Of a DNA stretch of 64,000 nt, positions 24,612 to 37,554 are shown piece after piece (position 1 is the stretch's first letter; each line of letters opens with the position of its first letter). The position numbers were made by a program, and so were the translations under genes. This DNA is from Cordylochernes scorpioides. Lineage: Eukaryota. The DNA is taken from positions 139,423,418 through 139,487,417 of the forward strand of contig CP092864.1 of assembly GCA_030710605.1 (NCBI GenBank). The letters are read 5' to 3'. The notes beneath the pieces are model-generated. The model was not told the origin of the DNA. It saw nothing but the letters and a program-made list of their open reading frames with translations, and did not search any database.

Positions 24612-24930
24612 CAGTACTCCATGAGAGGATACTCGCGCTAGAGGACACCTCTCTATAAAGGACAATTTTCATTTGCAAAATCCCAATTTTTACTATTTAG
24701 CAACAATTCAGTAAGAGGACACCTCTCCCTAAAGGACAATTTTCATTTGCAAAATCCCAATTTTTACTATTTAGCAACAATTCAGTAAGAGGACACCTCT
24801 CCCTAAAGGACAATTTTCATTTGCAAAATCCCAATTTTTACTATTTAGCAACTCTCCAGTAAGAGGACACCTCTCCCTAAAGGACACTTTTGTTCTACAA
24901 TTAGGTGTCCTTTACAGGGAGGTTCTACTG
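24612..24930 (+). mobile_element. MITE family A copy with 3x internal 62-bp duplication (MVP intron 10)
   Basis: ggacaattttcatttgcaaaatcccaatttttactatttagcaacaattcagtaagaggacacctctccctaaa x3, then the normal 3' TIR. Confidence 0.75.
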
Positions 24931-26232
24931 TGTACACACTTATTATTATAATATACTGATTATCATTTAAAAACTTTAAATTAAACTGAACTCTATATCA
25001 TATTAGGATTGTGGATTGTTGGGAGGTACAGTAAACCCTCTACACGATCGTATCAAGTCTTATTCTGGTAGACTTGATGCTGTAACCAGGAGGGACACTC
25101 CCTCTTTAGAAATCTTGAGTTCAACTGACCCGGTTGATGGACCTCAGCAATGGTCCCACTCCAGGGATACAGAGGAGCTGTGTCTGTGCTCATGTTAGAG
25201 TCAGCAGCAAAGGCTTCCATGTTAGGAACAGCCTCAAATTACAGGCAAAGTCAGACTTTACCAAAGTGTGCCTGGATCATGGTGCCATGATCAACGAAAG
25301 CTGCACCCCTATACCCCATTCCATGAGATCATGAACTCATGGGATTCGTGTAATCTTTACAAAGGGGATAAGAAACAACAACAGGATTGTGGTTTGTGAA
25401 ACGGAAATGACACAATGGCCTGCTACTGAATAAGTGCTCCCAGTTTTAAAGATAGACACATTCTGCTTCACCCAGTCATGATGCTTGTCACGCTCTACAA
25501 GCTTGATATGATTGAGTGGAGATAAGATAGATAAAGAAAGAGGTTTGTGGTGTTTTTCTACAATTATTGCACAGTTTCTCACATTCTGCACACCTCCAGA
25601 GTTTCACTTGAAGGCTTCCAGTGAGTATTCCTCCTCCCTAGATGAGATCCCTTCCATAACTTCTTGTTGCTTACACAACGTAGACATATCTCTTCCCTGG
25701 TGGTGGTGGCCAGCTTCTTCTAACTCAATGACTCCAACCCCGAGGTCTTACAGACACAATTGGTGGTTCCTTTTCCCTAGCATCACCTCAGAATCTAAGG
25801 TCAGTTCTGTCCAAGCTGAAGTAATGGTTCTTTAGGAGACATTCCCTTTCTTTATCAATGATCTTGAGGCAATATAAATGCCTGTAATGTGAAACTTCAC
25901 CCTTTTTGGGGGAAAGCACCTCAAACACCAGGTTACACAGATGAGATCAATACTGAGTAGACCAGTGAACCTAATCAAACCTCTTCAGATCACCTGAAGA
26001 AACTCTTAGAAATTCTTAGAGCTGGTCTCTCATCAAAGGAGAAGTTAGACAATCAATTTTGATTTCATACAAGAGTGGGGTGAATCATACGGATCACTTA
26101 GTGGAGACTTTACAGTCATAAAGAAGCTATAAAGAAATTGTCACCTACACACAAAGAACAATGGGGGGAACCTTGTCATTGCAGCCTCTTTTATGACTGC
26201 AACTTGGTTATAACATCCTAGCTTTAAAGATC

Positions 26233-26545
26233 CCAACTGTATAAATATATACACCTATCCCCCGATTTACACGGTACTTTTTTACACGTTTTCGCTTTTA
26301 CACGGTTTTCCAAATAAGTTTTTGTTTTGTTTTTATAGCACTATACTAAATGCTACTGTGATTGAACGCATGCGCTGTGTACACATCTCACGAGGAATCC
26401 CGAGCTTATGTGCTGACTACATATTTTAACCTGTCAATGCATTTTATTTTTATTTCTGTGTACACCTATCCCCCGATTTACACGTTTTACTCAGGAACGT
26501 ATCTACTGTGTAAATCGGGGGATAGGTGTATTTATATATCGAAGA
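26233..26545 (+). mobile_element. MITE family C copy
   Basis: tacacctatcccccgatttacacggtac...ctgtgtaaatcgggggataggtgta. Confidence 0.75.
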
Positions 26546-27651
26546 AGGTATCAAAGCTAATGGCGACTAGTTTATTTATTTATGCGGTATAATCTTGGCA
26601 AGCTTTCGGACTAGGACATCCTTCAACAGGTTGTTACTGAGTAGCCTGTTGAAGGACGTCATAGTCCAAAAGCTGGCAAAGATTATAACACATAAATAAA
26701 TAAACTCGTCGCCAATAGATTTGATACCTTCTTCGAAATTATGTCTGGCGATTCCTTCTTTTTGAATATATATATATATATATATACTAGACGGGTGACC
26801 CGGGCTTGGCCCCGGGATTGACACTTGTGCATATCTACCCGAGTGATATATATTTAGATAAGATCTTTTTTTAATAATTGTTTGTATTATCTATTTGTTT
26901 GCATCAGCATAATTTAATCTAATATTTGATAGAGGGCGCTGTTCCTAAGCTAAGTAGAATAATTTGAATATATAGTTTTAATAATTGATTTATATATTTT
27001 TTAAAATAGCCTATCGTCTTCCCCGTATTTTTTTACCTATGTATGGAAATTTTGGTTTGAATTAGTGAACTACTGCGAATTTTTATACCGGACATACAAA
27101 CATACAAACAAACAAACATTCATTTATATATATATAGATATTACCTCAAGAGAATGACTGGAGATCGTGGAAATTGACGATAATTGATAATAGATCTTCA
27201 TATCGAAGACACAATTTTGATATTAACATTATAAAATGGAAAATAATCAATAATTATATATATAGATATAACAGTAATGAATTGGTTCCAAGTGGTGTTG
27301 CTAGTGTATTCTACAATTAAGGTATATATGAGGAACAAAGAGAGAGGATATCTGTAAAAATAAAGGCTGTCTCTCCCATCAAAAGAGACGCTGAAACTAA
27401 GCGGCATCTATTGACTGTCTCCACAAACTAGCAGACTAATTCAGAGGCACTTAGTTTTAGTGTCTATTTTGATGGGAGAGGAGAGATCTTTATTTTTATA
27501 GATCATTATCTTCCCAAATTTCCATCTCTATATTTTGGCCATAGAATTGGCCTAGCCACTTTGTCAGCTAAACACTTCTTTGGCAGATTGTGGAAGATTT
27601 CATTTGATAGATCTCAAAATTAAAACCCACTATGTGAACTGAAGAGGGGCT

Positions 27652-28230
27652 TCTTCTTTCTTATCTCCACTCAATCACACTAAGGTATCAAGCTTGTCTT
27701 CTTCTTCTTATTTCTTATCTCCACTCAATCACACTAAGGTATCAAGCTTGTCTTCTTCTTCTTCTTTCTTATCTCCACTCAATCACACTAAGGTATCAAG
27801 CTTGTCTTCTTCTTCTTCTTTCTTATCTCCACTCAATCACACTAAGGTATCAAGCTTGTCTTCTTCTTCTTTCTTATCTCCACTCAATCACACTAAGGTA
27901 TCAAGCTTGTCTTCTTCTTCTTCTTTCTTATCTCCACTCAATCACACTAAGGTATCAAGCTTGTCTTCTTCTTCTTCTTTCTTATCTCCACTCAATCACA
28001 CTAAGGTATCAAGCTTGTCTTCTTCTTCTTCTTTCTTATCTCCACTCAATCACACTAAAGTATCAAGCTTGTCTTCTTCTTCTTCTTTCTTATCTCCACT
28101 CAATCACACTAAGGTATCAAGCTTGTCTTCTTCTTCTTCTTTCTTATCTCCACTCAATCACACTAAGGTATCAAGCTTGTCTTCTTCTTCTTTCTTATCT
28201 CCACACAATCACACTAAGGTATCAAGCTTG
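27652..28230 (-). repeat. ~60-bp tandem repeat x about 9.5 derived from a LINE 3' end (CTT-rich tail)
   Basis: (cttcttcttctttcttatctccactcaatcacactaaggtatcaagcttgt)n, contiguous with LINE 3' sequence at 28230-28440. Confidence 0.8.
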
Positions 28231-28621
28231 TAAAGCTTGAGATTTTTGATGGTGTCTGCCGGGGAAGAGTAGAGCTCATCAATGGATGAGTCAATACAGT
28301 CAATAATATGTCTTGGGGTTGCAGGCTGAGAATTGCACTTAGTACATAGTGGGAAAACCTTGCAAAGTCGGCCTGCCACTGAGTAGTGCTCCCAGTCTTA
28401 ATGACAAAGGCAGACACATTTTACTTTACCCAATCATGAAGAGGGTCTTTAACCCAAAACCATATTCCCTAGGTGGGCACTTTACAATTTGCCAAAGCTG
28501 CGGCTTTGTTTCCGACCAGAGTCTGCTAGTTTGCAGAGATGGCGCTTAGTTTTAGGGTTTATTTTCAACAAGATAATTTTATAGATCCCCAGGGCAAGAA
28601 ATATAAGGAGAGTGGAGTGAC

Positions 28622-28833
28622 CTGGCAGTTGCCTCCTGGCTCGAGGTGGTGATCTCAATGGCCAGCTGGACGGACTTCTGCAGGGCATCCCGGGTCCGCT
28701 GGTCCACCGGCTCCACACTCTGGATGTCTACGCTGGTGATGTTCAGGTTGTTCTGGGGGAAACTGATGTGGTGTCTCTGCTGGCGCTTCTCATCAAACCC
28801 AAACACTGCCTCGTGGATGATCCTCGCGGAGTT
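28622..28833 (-). CDS. MVP: MVP exon 10
   Basis: Acceptor atggcag|AAC; translates to [70 protein letters not shown](R). Donor CAG|GTCACT (weak) but forced by alignment and phase. ORF 28579..28806(-). Confidence 0.8.
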
Positions 28834-29199
28834 CTGCCATCACACCACCAGTGTGTAAACTATTTAAAACATGTGATATTTTTTCTCATTCATTACTTTT
28901 GTCTGAAGATGATAACAAGCTGTTACCGAAATGGATTTGGTCTCATTACCTTGTGCTTATAATCTACTAGCCGAATGACCCGGGCAACGCCCGGGGTTTG
29001 CCCGATTAAATGCTTTTATTAAAATACTATTTGTTACAATTATAAATTGGCGCCGTGGATGTCATTCTTGTATAATATATAAATGAGTTTTAAAAATTGT
29101 AAAAAAAAAAAAAAAAAATGCATCGGCCGGGAATCGAACCCAGGGCGCCCGCCACTATAATATATAAATGAGTTTTAAAAATTGTAAAAAAAAAAAGAA

Positions 29200-29261
29200 T
29201 GCATCGGCCGGGAATCGAACCCGGGGCGCCCGCGTGGCAGGCGAGCATTCTACCACTGAAC
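29200..29261 (-). pseudogene. tRNA-Gly-like copy (5' acceptor strand missing) plus a shorter fragment at 29120-29159; same conserved flanking repeat (28960-29120)
   Basis: tgcatcggccgggaatcgaacccggggcgcccgcgtggcaggcgagcattctaccactgaac, preceded by a poly-A/T run and ctagccgaatgacccgggcaacgcccgggg... Confidence 0.5.
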
Positions 29262-30291
29262 AAAAAGCAAACGGTGACAGAATTAAGAACGCATGACGCT
29301 AATAACTGCATATATTAATAATCCAAATTGTGCCTTATCATTCCACACAGCTAGTTACAAGTAATCTTAAATCTGCTATAGCTATACATTTCTGCAACCC
29401 TAAACCATACTGTATTGGCTCATCTATTGATAAGCTCTACTCATTCCCAGCCGACACCATCCAAAGTCTCAAGCTTTACAGGCTTGATACCCTGATATGA
29501 TTAAGTGGAGATAAGAAACTGTCTGGTGAGAGGACACCTCTCCCTAAAGGACACTTTGTCTCTGCAATTAGATGTTGTCCTTTACAGGAAGGTTCTACTG
29601 TAATAAGGTATTCAGTTTATAACAGACATTTACTGCCTATGTATGGTATACGTACAACTACTGACTCCCTCCCTTGTATAGCCTTTTACATGTATAACAA
29701 AGGACAGAGTACAAACACAACTTATATCTACCATGATTATCATGTGCACGACTCCATATAGGTTATATGCCAGTTACGTTAGAGCGCTGGTTTTATCCAA
29801 CATTTCCCTGAGGACACCTACAGAGAGGTGTAACTTGGACTTTGACCTGGTATTAAATGGCCGCCTCTAACATGAGGAACAGACGCCCTGTGCAGCCGCT
29901 CCTAACATGGAGAACAGATGCTGCTGAATATCCTGTAACCCAAGAATAGGAGCCCTTACAGGGTGCTATCAGTCGGGCCAACTGAAACCTGGTTTTTTAG
30001 CGAGCTTGTTACTTCTCCCCCTCCTCCTTTTTCATCCGGGCTTGGGACCGGCAATAAGTAAAAAAAAAAAAAAGATTATCATTACATAGTACTTAGAGTA
30101 GAATGTAATCAAACCTTGCATGCTCATAGAACTTCATGTGGTTAGCACAGAAAACACATTAGCCTTCTTCTTTCTTATCTCCACTTAACAATCATATTAG
30201 GGCATCAAGCTTGTATATCTTGAGATGGTGTCTGCTGGGGATGAGTAGAGCTCATCAATGGATGAGCCAGGACAGTGACACATTAGTAATA

Positions 30292-30451
30292 CAGTAAAAC
30301 CTCCCTGTAAAGGACACCTAATTGCAGAGCCAAACTGTCCTTTAGGGAGAGGTGTCCTCTTACCAGAGAGTTACTAAATAGTAAAAATGGTAATTTTGAA
30401 AATGAAAACTTTCCTTTATAGAGAGGTGTCCGCTAAAGAGAGGTTCTACTG
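30292..30451 (-). mobile_element. MITE family A copy (inverted; MVP intron 9)
   Basis: cagtaaaacctccctgtaaaggacacctaattgcagagcc...agaggttctactg. Confidence 0.75.
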
Positions 30452-30507
30452 TACCCAGCTTCAGACTTGAACACCAAACCCAAGGAAGGCACAAAAGATG
30501 TACCTAC

Positions 30508-30649
30508 CTTGTGGAAATGGTCAAAGTTGACGGCAGCCACAGCTCCACGGATCCTGGAAGCAATGGCCTTGCACATGTCCCCCACAAAGTCCGGCACACT
30601 GAAGAGTCTGGCAGCAATCTCAATGGACTTTTCACCCACATTGAAATGC
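30508..30649 (-). CDS. MVP: MVP exon 9
   Basis: Acceptor ttgacag|G completes the W codon; translates to [47 protein letters not shown]. Donor AAG|GTAGGT. ORF 30433..30666(-). Confidence 0.85.
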
Positions 30650-31068
30650 CTGTCAACAACCCCCATTTATTGAGTTAGCTATATATATGTAGATGGAAAA
30701 TTTGCCGGGAGGAAATTAATCCATAGAAGCAATGGGCGCCTCTCCCGTCGTTTGACGTTTATTTTGACGGGAGAGGCGCCCATTGCTTCTATATATATAT
30801 ATGTGTGTTCATTAATTAATAACACAAGGTAATATGACCAAATCTAAATAAATAAATAGTGTGTGACATTTTGGTAAAAGCATTGTTACCAACTTCAGAA
30901 AAAAGTACTGAATGAGAAATTACGAACAACAGTTACCGAAATGTTACACTCTATTATTTTATTTGAATTAGGTCTTACTTTCTTGTAGCTATAATCCAAA
31001 TTGTGCCTTATCACTAGAAAATTCAGTTCCTCTGTCTGTAGCACTCAGGGAGGGCCACCAACACCCAC

Positions 31069-31535
31069 CAGTTGTAAGCCAGCTGCAGCATGAGGCGGGC
31101 GTGGTCTGCTGTCTCCACAGTCACCCGGTCCGTGCAGAAATCTGGTCCCAGGAGGAGACAGAGAGTCCGGATCTCATTAGGGACTTTAGGCTTGCCTCCG
31201 GAGAGGCTGAGCTCAGTGAACTGCTCGTCCGGCTGCAGCATCACCAGGTCAGGTCCGAAGACCACCCTGGACTTCTTCTCCTTGTAGTCGTAGAGCTGGA
31301 CTGCTCCGTTGTGGGGGACCTGGTAGGTCACCACCCGGCTCTTGTCCCTGGGGGGGATGAAGTTGGATGGATCTGGAGCTCCGGAAAACCCTGAGGAACC
31401 AGACTTCAGGGACCGCATGCCCCGGTCAGCCAGAGCATTCTTCTGGAGCAGGTGTTCCACCGTCTTGGGCAGCTCCTTGTTCCACAGCTCCTCATCCTGG
31501 GTCAGCATGTAGCTCTTGCCACATATGGCTCGGAC
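31069..31535 (-). CDS. MVP: MVP exon 8 (largest exon)
   Basis: Acceptor tgtacag|GTC; translates to [39 protein letters not shown]...[31 protein letters not shown](W). Donor CTG|GTGGGT, ends phase 2. ORF 31023..31508(-). Confidence 0.85.
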
Positions 31536-31705
31536 CTGTACAACACATCACACCTCTGTACTCTTAATTGTTGTGCTGGTGATCTGAGGTACTTGGAGAA
31601 AACATCTGAGAGATGCCTTTAAACGTTTATTAAAAACCTAATTATGCTTGAAGAAAAAAAAAAGAACTTTCAATCTATGATAAAGCAAAATTTGAATTAT
31701 AGATA

Positions 31706-31880
31706 CAGTAGAACCTACCTGAAAAGGACAACACCTAATTGCAAAGCCAAAGTGTCCTTTAGGGAGAGGTGTCCACTTACCAGAGAGTTACTAAATTGTG
31801 AAAATGGTAATTTTGCAAATGAAAACTGTCCTTTGTGGAGAGGTGTCAGCTAGCGGGGTGTCCACTAAAGGGAGGTTCTA
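31706..31880 (-). mobile_element. MITE family A copy (MVP intron 7)
   Basis: cagtagaacctacctgaaaaggacaacacctaattgcaaagcc... Confidence 0.7.
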
Positions 31881-32145
31881 AAGGTTAAAGGTAACAACAC
31901 TGTTACCAAAATTTCACTCACTATTAATTTATTTGGATTAGGTCTTATTTTTTATTGTATCTATAATCCAAATTGTGCTTTATCATATTTACCAATATGT
32001 AGTTGAAATAGGAAAAAAAAAAGATGTAATTTCCCCAAATATTTTACAAAACAACGAGCAATCCAGGGTTAAGTTTCTTTTAGAGAAATAAAAAAAGTAT
32101 TTAAAAAAACACGTAACCCTGTTAGGGATGAGAGAACATGTATTA

Positions 32146-32323
32146 CAGTAAAACCTCCATGAGAGGACACTCCCGCTATTGGACACCTCTCTATAAAGGA
32201 CAGTTTTCATATACAAAATTACCATTTTTAATATTTAACAACTCTCTGGTAAGAAAACACTGTTCCATAAAGGACACCTTTGCTCTGCAACTAGGTGTTG
32301 TCCTTTACAGGGAGGTTCTACTG
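32146..32323 (+). mobile_element. MITE family A copy ending about 37 bp from the MVP exon 7 donor
   Basis: cagtaaaacctccatgagaggacac...cagggaggttctactg. Confidence 0.75.
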
Positions 32324-32360
32324 TATATTGTTTACACCACAGGCTAGCCAGGGTCCTCAC

Positions 32361-32510
32361 CTTGCCAGTCTTGATGTCCCTGACGTAGATACCCTCGGTG
32401 TCATCGAGGGGGATGGCGTAGCGCTTGGTGACCACCTCTGTGGTGATGAGAGGAATGAACTCAGCGGGACCACAGATCATCCACTTGTCCCCAGGCTTGC
32501 GCACCACTGG
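32361..32510 (-). CDS. MVP: MVP exon 7
   Basis: Acceptor attgcag|CCA; translates to PVVRKPGDKWMICGPAEFIPLITTEVVTKRYAIPLDDTEGIYVRDIKTGK. Donor AAG|GTGAGG. ORF 32235..32516(-). Confidence 0.85.
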
Positions 32511-33589
32511 CTGCAATCATTGTTACACTTCAGCAAGGTGGGACAAGAAGTGAAATGACCAAAATTCAAAAAAATATCCAACTAAATGAGCCCATTATGC
32601 AACAAAAGGTTTTTTTTTTTATATACTGTGAACTATGTTGATTTTAAAGCCAGCAATAGTTAGCATGTAACAGGTTCAAAACAAAACAAAATCTAGACTT
32701 CATAAAAATAGGTGAAAGCTGGAAATGGAAGAAAAATACGTATTAACTTTTTATTTGAACTGTGCAATGCTAGAATATTACTTTCAAGCAACAAAGTATT
32801 AGAGACAATTTTTCAAGTAAACTTTAAATTATAAGTGTAGAATGGTGAAGTTGTTTAAAATAAAGTTTTGCCCCTAAGAATTACATAATAATAGGCATAA
32901 AGGTACATATATAAGCTAATGATAAGAAGAATTTCATTAAAGGACTTCTTTTCACAAGATATTTTCTGGTCAGTTTGATATTCAGCATTAATGTATGGAA
33001 ATAGGTTGATTTAGCAAATTTACACAAAATGACCATTATTAATTAATAGTCCTTCAATTATACTCTCTAAAAATTTTGAAAAGTAGAAAAAAAAAAAACA
33101 AATCCATGGCTATAGTGAACCAAAAGTTCCATTGAATTCACTATAGAGGGGCTTTACTGTATCTTTAATAAATACAGACGAACTTCAATAATTCAAAGCC
33201 CAAGGGACCAAAAAAAATCGAATTATCCAAAAATTATAAACAGAAATTCTAGGAACTAAGATAAATATCTGAATTATAGACATTTTCAAATTAAAGACAT
33301 TTGAATTATCCAAGTTCTGCTGTATTTACAAATCTTCAAAACTCAGATTTAATTGTTTTAAAATAAAGATCTGATCCACATCAAGTAATTCTACATATTT
33401 TAACACTTTGAACCCGAAGGATGCGAATTCACATCCTTACCTACTGAGGAGTCAAGCCCAAAGGAGGTAAATTCGTATTCTCGATTGGCTTTGTGCCTTG
33501 TGATTGCCTGATTTGGACTTTACTATGAGGACTGGTTAAAAAGGAGTAATTCAACTATTGTGTGTGATCATCTTATTGAAGTTAAAAGA

Positions 33590-33790
33590 AAATACAAGGT
33601 AATAAGACCAAATCCAAATAAATAAATAGTGTGTGACGTTTCGGTAACAGCGTTGTTACCATCTTCAGACAAAAGTACTGAATGAGAAATTTAACCACAG
33701 CCTGTTTTTAAATAGTTCCTGTTATCACACACTATTTATTTATTTGGATTTGGTCTTATTACCTTGTGTTTATAATCTATAATCCAAATT
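33590..33790. mobile_element. Palindromic hairpin MITE family B (GGCACAATTTGGATTATAG...), representative copy
   Basis: aaggtaataagaccaaatccaaataaataaatagtgtgtgacgtttcggtaacagcgttgttacc...gtgttatcacacactatttatttatttggatttggtcttattaccttgtgtttataatctataatccaaattgtgcc. At least 15 further copies, including 2090-2300, 7975-8085, 10490-10660, 17935-18075, 30820-30990, 47975-48360, 48640-49040, 50975-51300 and 52110-52440. Confidence 0.7.
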
Positions 33791-35216
33791 GTGCCTTATC
33801 AATTAAAAGAAAATATGTAAATATATTATTTAAAATTGAAGATACTTTGGCCAGTAAATCTTTTTATTATCTTGATGTTTCGACAAAAATCTTTTGTTCT
33901 CATCAGGAGTAAACAAAAATTGATACATTTGGCAAGGAGTTAAAAATTAGGCATCCTCTATCTTTATGATATATTATTTAAGAAAAGTTCATTTATTTTA
34001 TGATTTGAATATATGTAAATTTAATTATTGTAGAAAAGGTTATTTGCATACTTCATGTGCTGACTGCCAACAAATTTGCAGCTGGATGAACACACTGATG
34101 GTTGATCAGGGTCTCTCCCTCGGTTTATCTAGATTCTACAAGGCCGCAGTCAATGTCCGTTGGAGAATGATGGATTCGCCGAATGTCATGGTTTGCTCGG
34201 AGGAGGAAAGCGAAGATTGAATGCGGCTGATTCCACACTAGCCCTCTCAATGATATCTTAACCTTGACATATTCTAAACATTGGTACTTTAATTTAAATA
34301 TTTAATCATGTATGGTTCCTTTTGCTCTGTATGTTTATTTTTTATATATATGGTTATATTTCTTTTTGTTTGGTTTTTCTTTCTTCTCTCTTTCCTTATT
34401 ACTTCTTATATTCTAGTTTTTACTTTTGAAATATCTTCCTTTCCTAAATCCCGTAGAGGGGAATCATGTATAGGGCTGGATGCCCTAATAAAAAAGGCTT
34501 ATGTGTGTGTGTGTATACTTCATGTGTATATAGTTGTTAGTTAAGTGTATTTTGAGGATAGTGATGAAGACATGATGAGGCTCAGATTTGTAGGCCTATT
34601 TGTTCTTAATTCTTTAATAAATGTTTTGTGAAGACTTCTTCTTTCTTATTCCTACTCAATCATATCAGGGTATCAAGCTTGTAGAGCTTGTTGATGGTAT
34701 CTGCTGGGGATGAGTAGAGTTCATCAATGAATCTTCTTCTTCTTCTTTCTTATCTCCACTCAATCATATTAGGGTATCAAGTTGTGACCCTTGATGGTGT
34801 CTGTTTGACAACCATCATGACTGGGTGAAGTAGAATGTGTCTGCCTTTGTCATTAAGACTGGGAGCACTACTCAGTGGCAGGCCGACTTAGCTCCAAAAG
34901 AAATGGCCGCCTCTGACATGAGGAACAGATGCCATGTGCAGTCGCTCCTAACATGGAGTACAAACACTGCTCATCCTGTATCCCTGGATCAGGAGCCCTT
35001 ACAGGGTACTATCAGCCGGGCCAGCTGAGCCCAGGTTTTTTAGCGAGCTTGTTACTGCTCCCCCTCCTTCTTTTTCATCTGGGCTTGGGACCGGCAAAGA
35101 CGGAGTAAAATGAATTAGTCAATACAGTCATATGATGTGTTGTGAAATAGAGAGTGAAGGGAAGTCTTCTTGAACTTATATTAAAAAGAATTCCCTTCAC
35201 TACAACATAAACTTAC

Positions 35217-35348
35217 AGGATCGACAGTGTCATCAGTGAACCCCTCCCGAGCTCTGAGGATGAGGCCTTCAGTCTCCCCGAGGACATAGATGTCCTGGAT
35301 GCCGGCTTCCAGCTTCTCCCCAGGCTGGAGGAAGAAAGACTTCTCTCC
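35217..35348 (-). CDS. MVP: MVP exon 6
   Basis: Acceptor tgtcag|GGA; translates to [44 protein letters not shown]. Donor CCT|GTAAGT. ORF 35181..35465(-). Confidence 0.85.
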
Positions 35349-35550
35349 CTGACATACCACACACATGTGAGCTGGTTTATAACATTCAATATCACATACA
35401 CACAGTATTAGAGTACTAAGAAGCGGTCTGGTAGATGAAATTGGCGAAACCTCTGGAAGGGTCAAACACTGATGAGCCGAGCCCTTCCAATATATTTTTC
35501 ATTGCAGCAAGGACAGAAAATTTCATGCTTTAATGGTTTGATGTATTATA

Positions 35551-35707
35551 CAGTAGAACCTCCCTGTAAAGGACACCTAAGTGCAGAGCCAAACTGTCCT
35601 TTAGGAAGAGGTGTTCTCCTACCGAAGCGTTGCTAAATAGTAAAAATGGTCATTTTGCAAATGAAAACTGCCTTTGGAGAGGTGTCCACTAAAGAGAGGT
35701 TCTACTG
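35551..35707 (-). mobile_element. MITE family A copy (MVP intron 5)
   Basis: cagtagaacctccctgtaaaggacacctaagtgcagagcc...agaggttctactg. Confidence 0.75.
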
Positions 35708-36067
35708 TATAGGAGAACTGTAAGTGAAACTGGAAAATCTTGGCCATAAATGTGATTTGGTCTAATGGATGTGCAGATATTGGGGCCTTAAGAACACCTA
35801 TTTGATCTGTATTAGAGCAGCTAGGTTTCTTCATCATGATAAACATCATACCTATGGTGTAACTATACTATGTGATTGATAACAAATCATTCTGCCATGT
35901 ATTGCCAGGTGTTGGAAGTCTTAGTCGGTGATGGCTGCAACTTTAGAATGAGATAGCTTGCTGGGTGACAGATTGGAAGAAAGTCTTTAATTCACCTCTC
36001 AATTCTTTAAATCATTGTATTGTTGGTGGTGATTTATAAAATTTAAAAATGGCTAACCTTCTAAATG

Positions 36068-36300
36068 ACCAGTTTTTTTGTTGTTGAGGTACAGCTTGCA
36101 ACATGCTGACAAGGGCCAACAGCCCGAAACGTGTATGTGGTTAGCTTTACTTGATTAATCAAGAATGGGCATTTGTCAAATTCTGGAATAATTAAAAATC
36201 AACAAATAGTTGATATTTCAGTTGCATGATAAGAAGATGCCTTTTTATTAATTTATTCACCTTATCCCAGTACAATTTGATGTTTGTACTATTTGTTCAC
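36068..36300 (+). repeat. Degenerate dispersed copy of the HHR-bearing repeat (core mutated to CUGACAA, G8A)
   Basis: gttgttgaggtacagcttgcaacatgctgacaagggccaacagcccgaaacgtgtatgtggttagc plus shared downstream unit sequence (cttgattaatcaagaatggg...ccttatcccagtacaat). Confidence 0.7.
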
Positions 36301-37384
36301 CTAATTCTTTTTTTGAAGTAAACGAAAAATTGCGCTACAAATAATAAAAATAAAACTACAACCTTTCGCAATGAGTTTCTTTTATTATGATATACGCGAG
36401 CTTTCGGGCTGGAGCCGCCCTTCTATGGGCAATATTTCAGCATACCATGAATACCGGCCACAAATTTAATTTAGATAGTCCAACTTGCCACTATAGTAAC
36501 ATAACCACCAAATCTGAAAGATTAATCCTTGAATTGCTGATTTCCAAACAACACAATAGCATTAATCGTAGAATAGATATCCCAGAACAATTTTGTCATA
36601 TTCCATACCACAAAAATCAGATTTCTCGCTTATCCAATCTATAGTCTAAAACTTAACTTTATTAAAATATTGAAATTTAAGGTTAATTTACTTCCAATTG
36701 TTAAACATAGTAAAATAGTAATAATTTATGTAGATTTAATACTTTTCTTTCTGATAATTTATGTAAAATTTGTAACAAATTAATGCATATAACTGTCTCT
36801 CAAAAATCAAATAGTTCATTTTTGCCTGTAGAAGGGCGGCTCCAGCCCGAAAGTTCGCGTATCTACTTATATAATTGCCTTATTCTGTCTGTGTGAAGTT
36901 CACTGTGTGAAGTATGTGGATATGGATGGAATGGATAAAATAAAAAAAGTGTCAAGGGATGGGAATCGAACCCACGACCTTCCGCTTACCAGGCAGATGC
37001 CATGACCACTAGGCCACATGACCACAATTTATAATTGTAACAAATAGTATTTGAATCAAAACATTCAATCGGGTAAAACACGGGTGTTGCCCGGGTCATT
37101 CGGCTAGTATCATAATAAAAGAAATTCATTGCGAAAGATTCTAGTTTTATTTTTATAATTCTTTTTTGTTTAAGGTGGAAAAATATCGGGCTTCTGAGGC
37201 TAAATTTCTTTTAAAACATTTTTCGGACACAAAAGCTAGGGATTTATGAATTTAAATGCTTTGAAAGAAACTTGAAGCCTGATAATTTCATCTCAATATT
37301 TGATACAAGGCATTATTTTAATGAACTGTAAATTTTTTTTTTTTTGTTCTTTTATTTCAGAGAATAAACAACTTTTTGTATTGT

Positions 37385-37554
37385 CTACAAACTCCCTGTA
37401 CAGGACACTTAATTGTAGAGCCAAAGTGTCCTTTAGGGAGAGGTGTCCTCTTACCGGAGAGTTGCTAAATAGTAAAAATGGTAATTTTGCAAACGAAAAC
37501 TGTTCTTTGTGGAGAGGTATCCGCTAGTGGGGTGTCCAGGTTGAGGTTCTACTG
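37385..37554 (-). mobile_element. MITE family A copy (MVP intron 5); further partial copy at 37866-37912
   Basis: ctccctgtacaggacacttaattgtagagcc...ttgaggttctactg. Confidence 0.7.
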
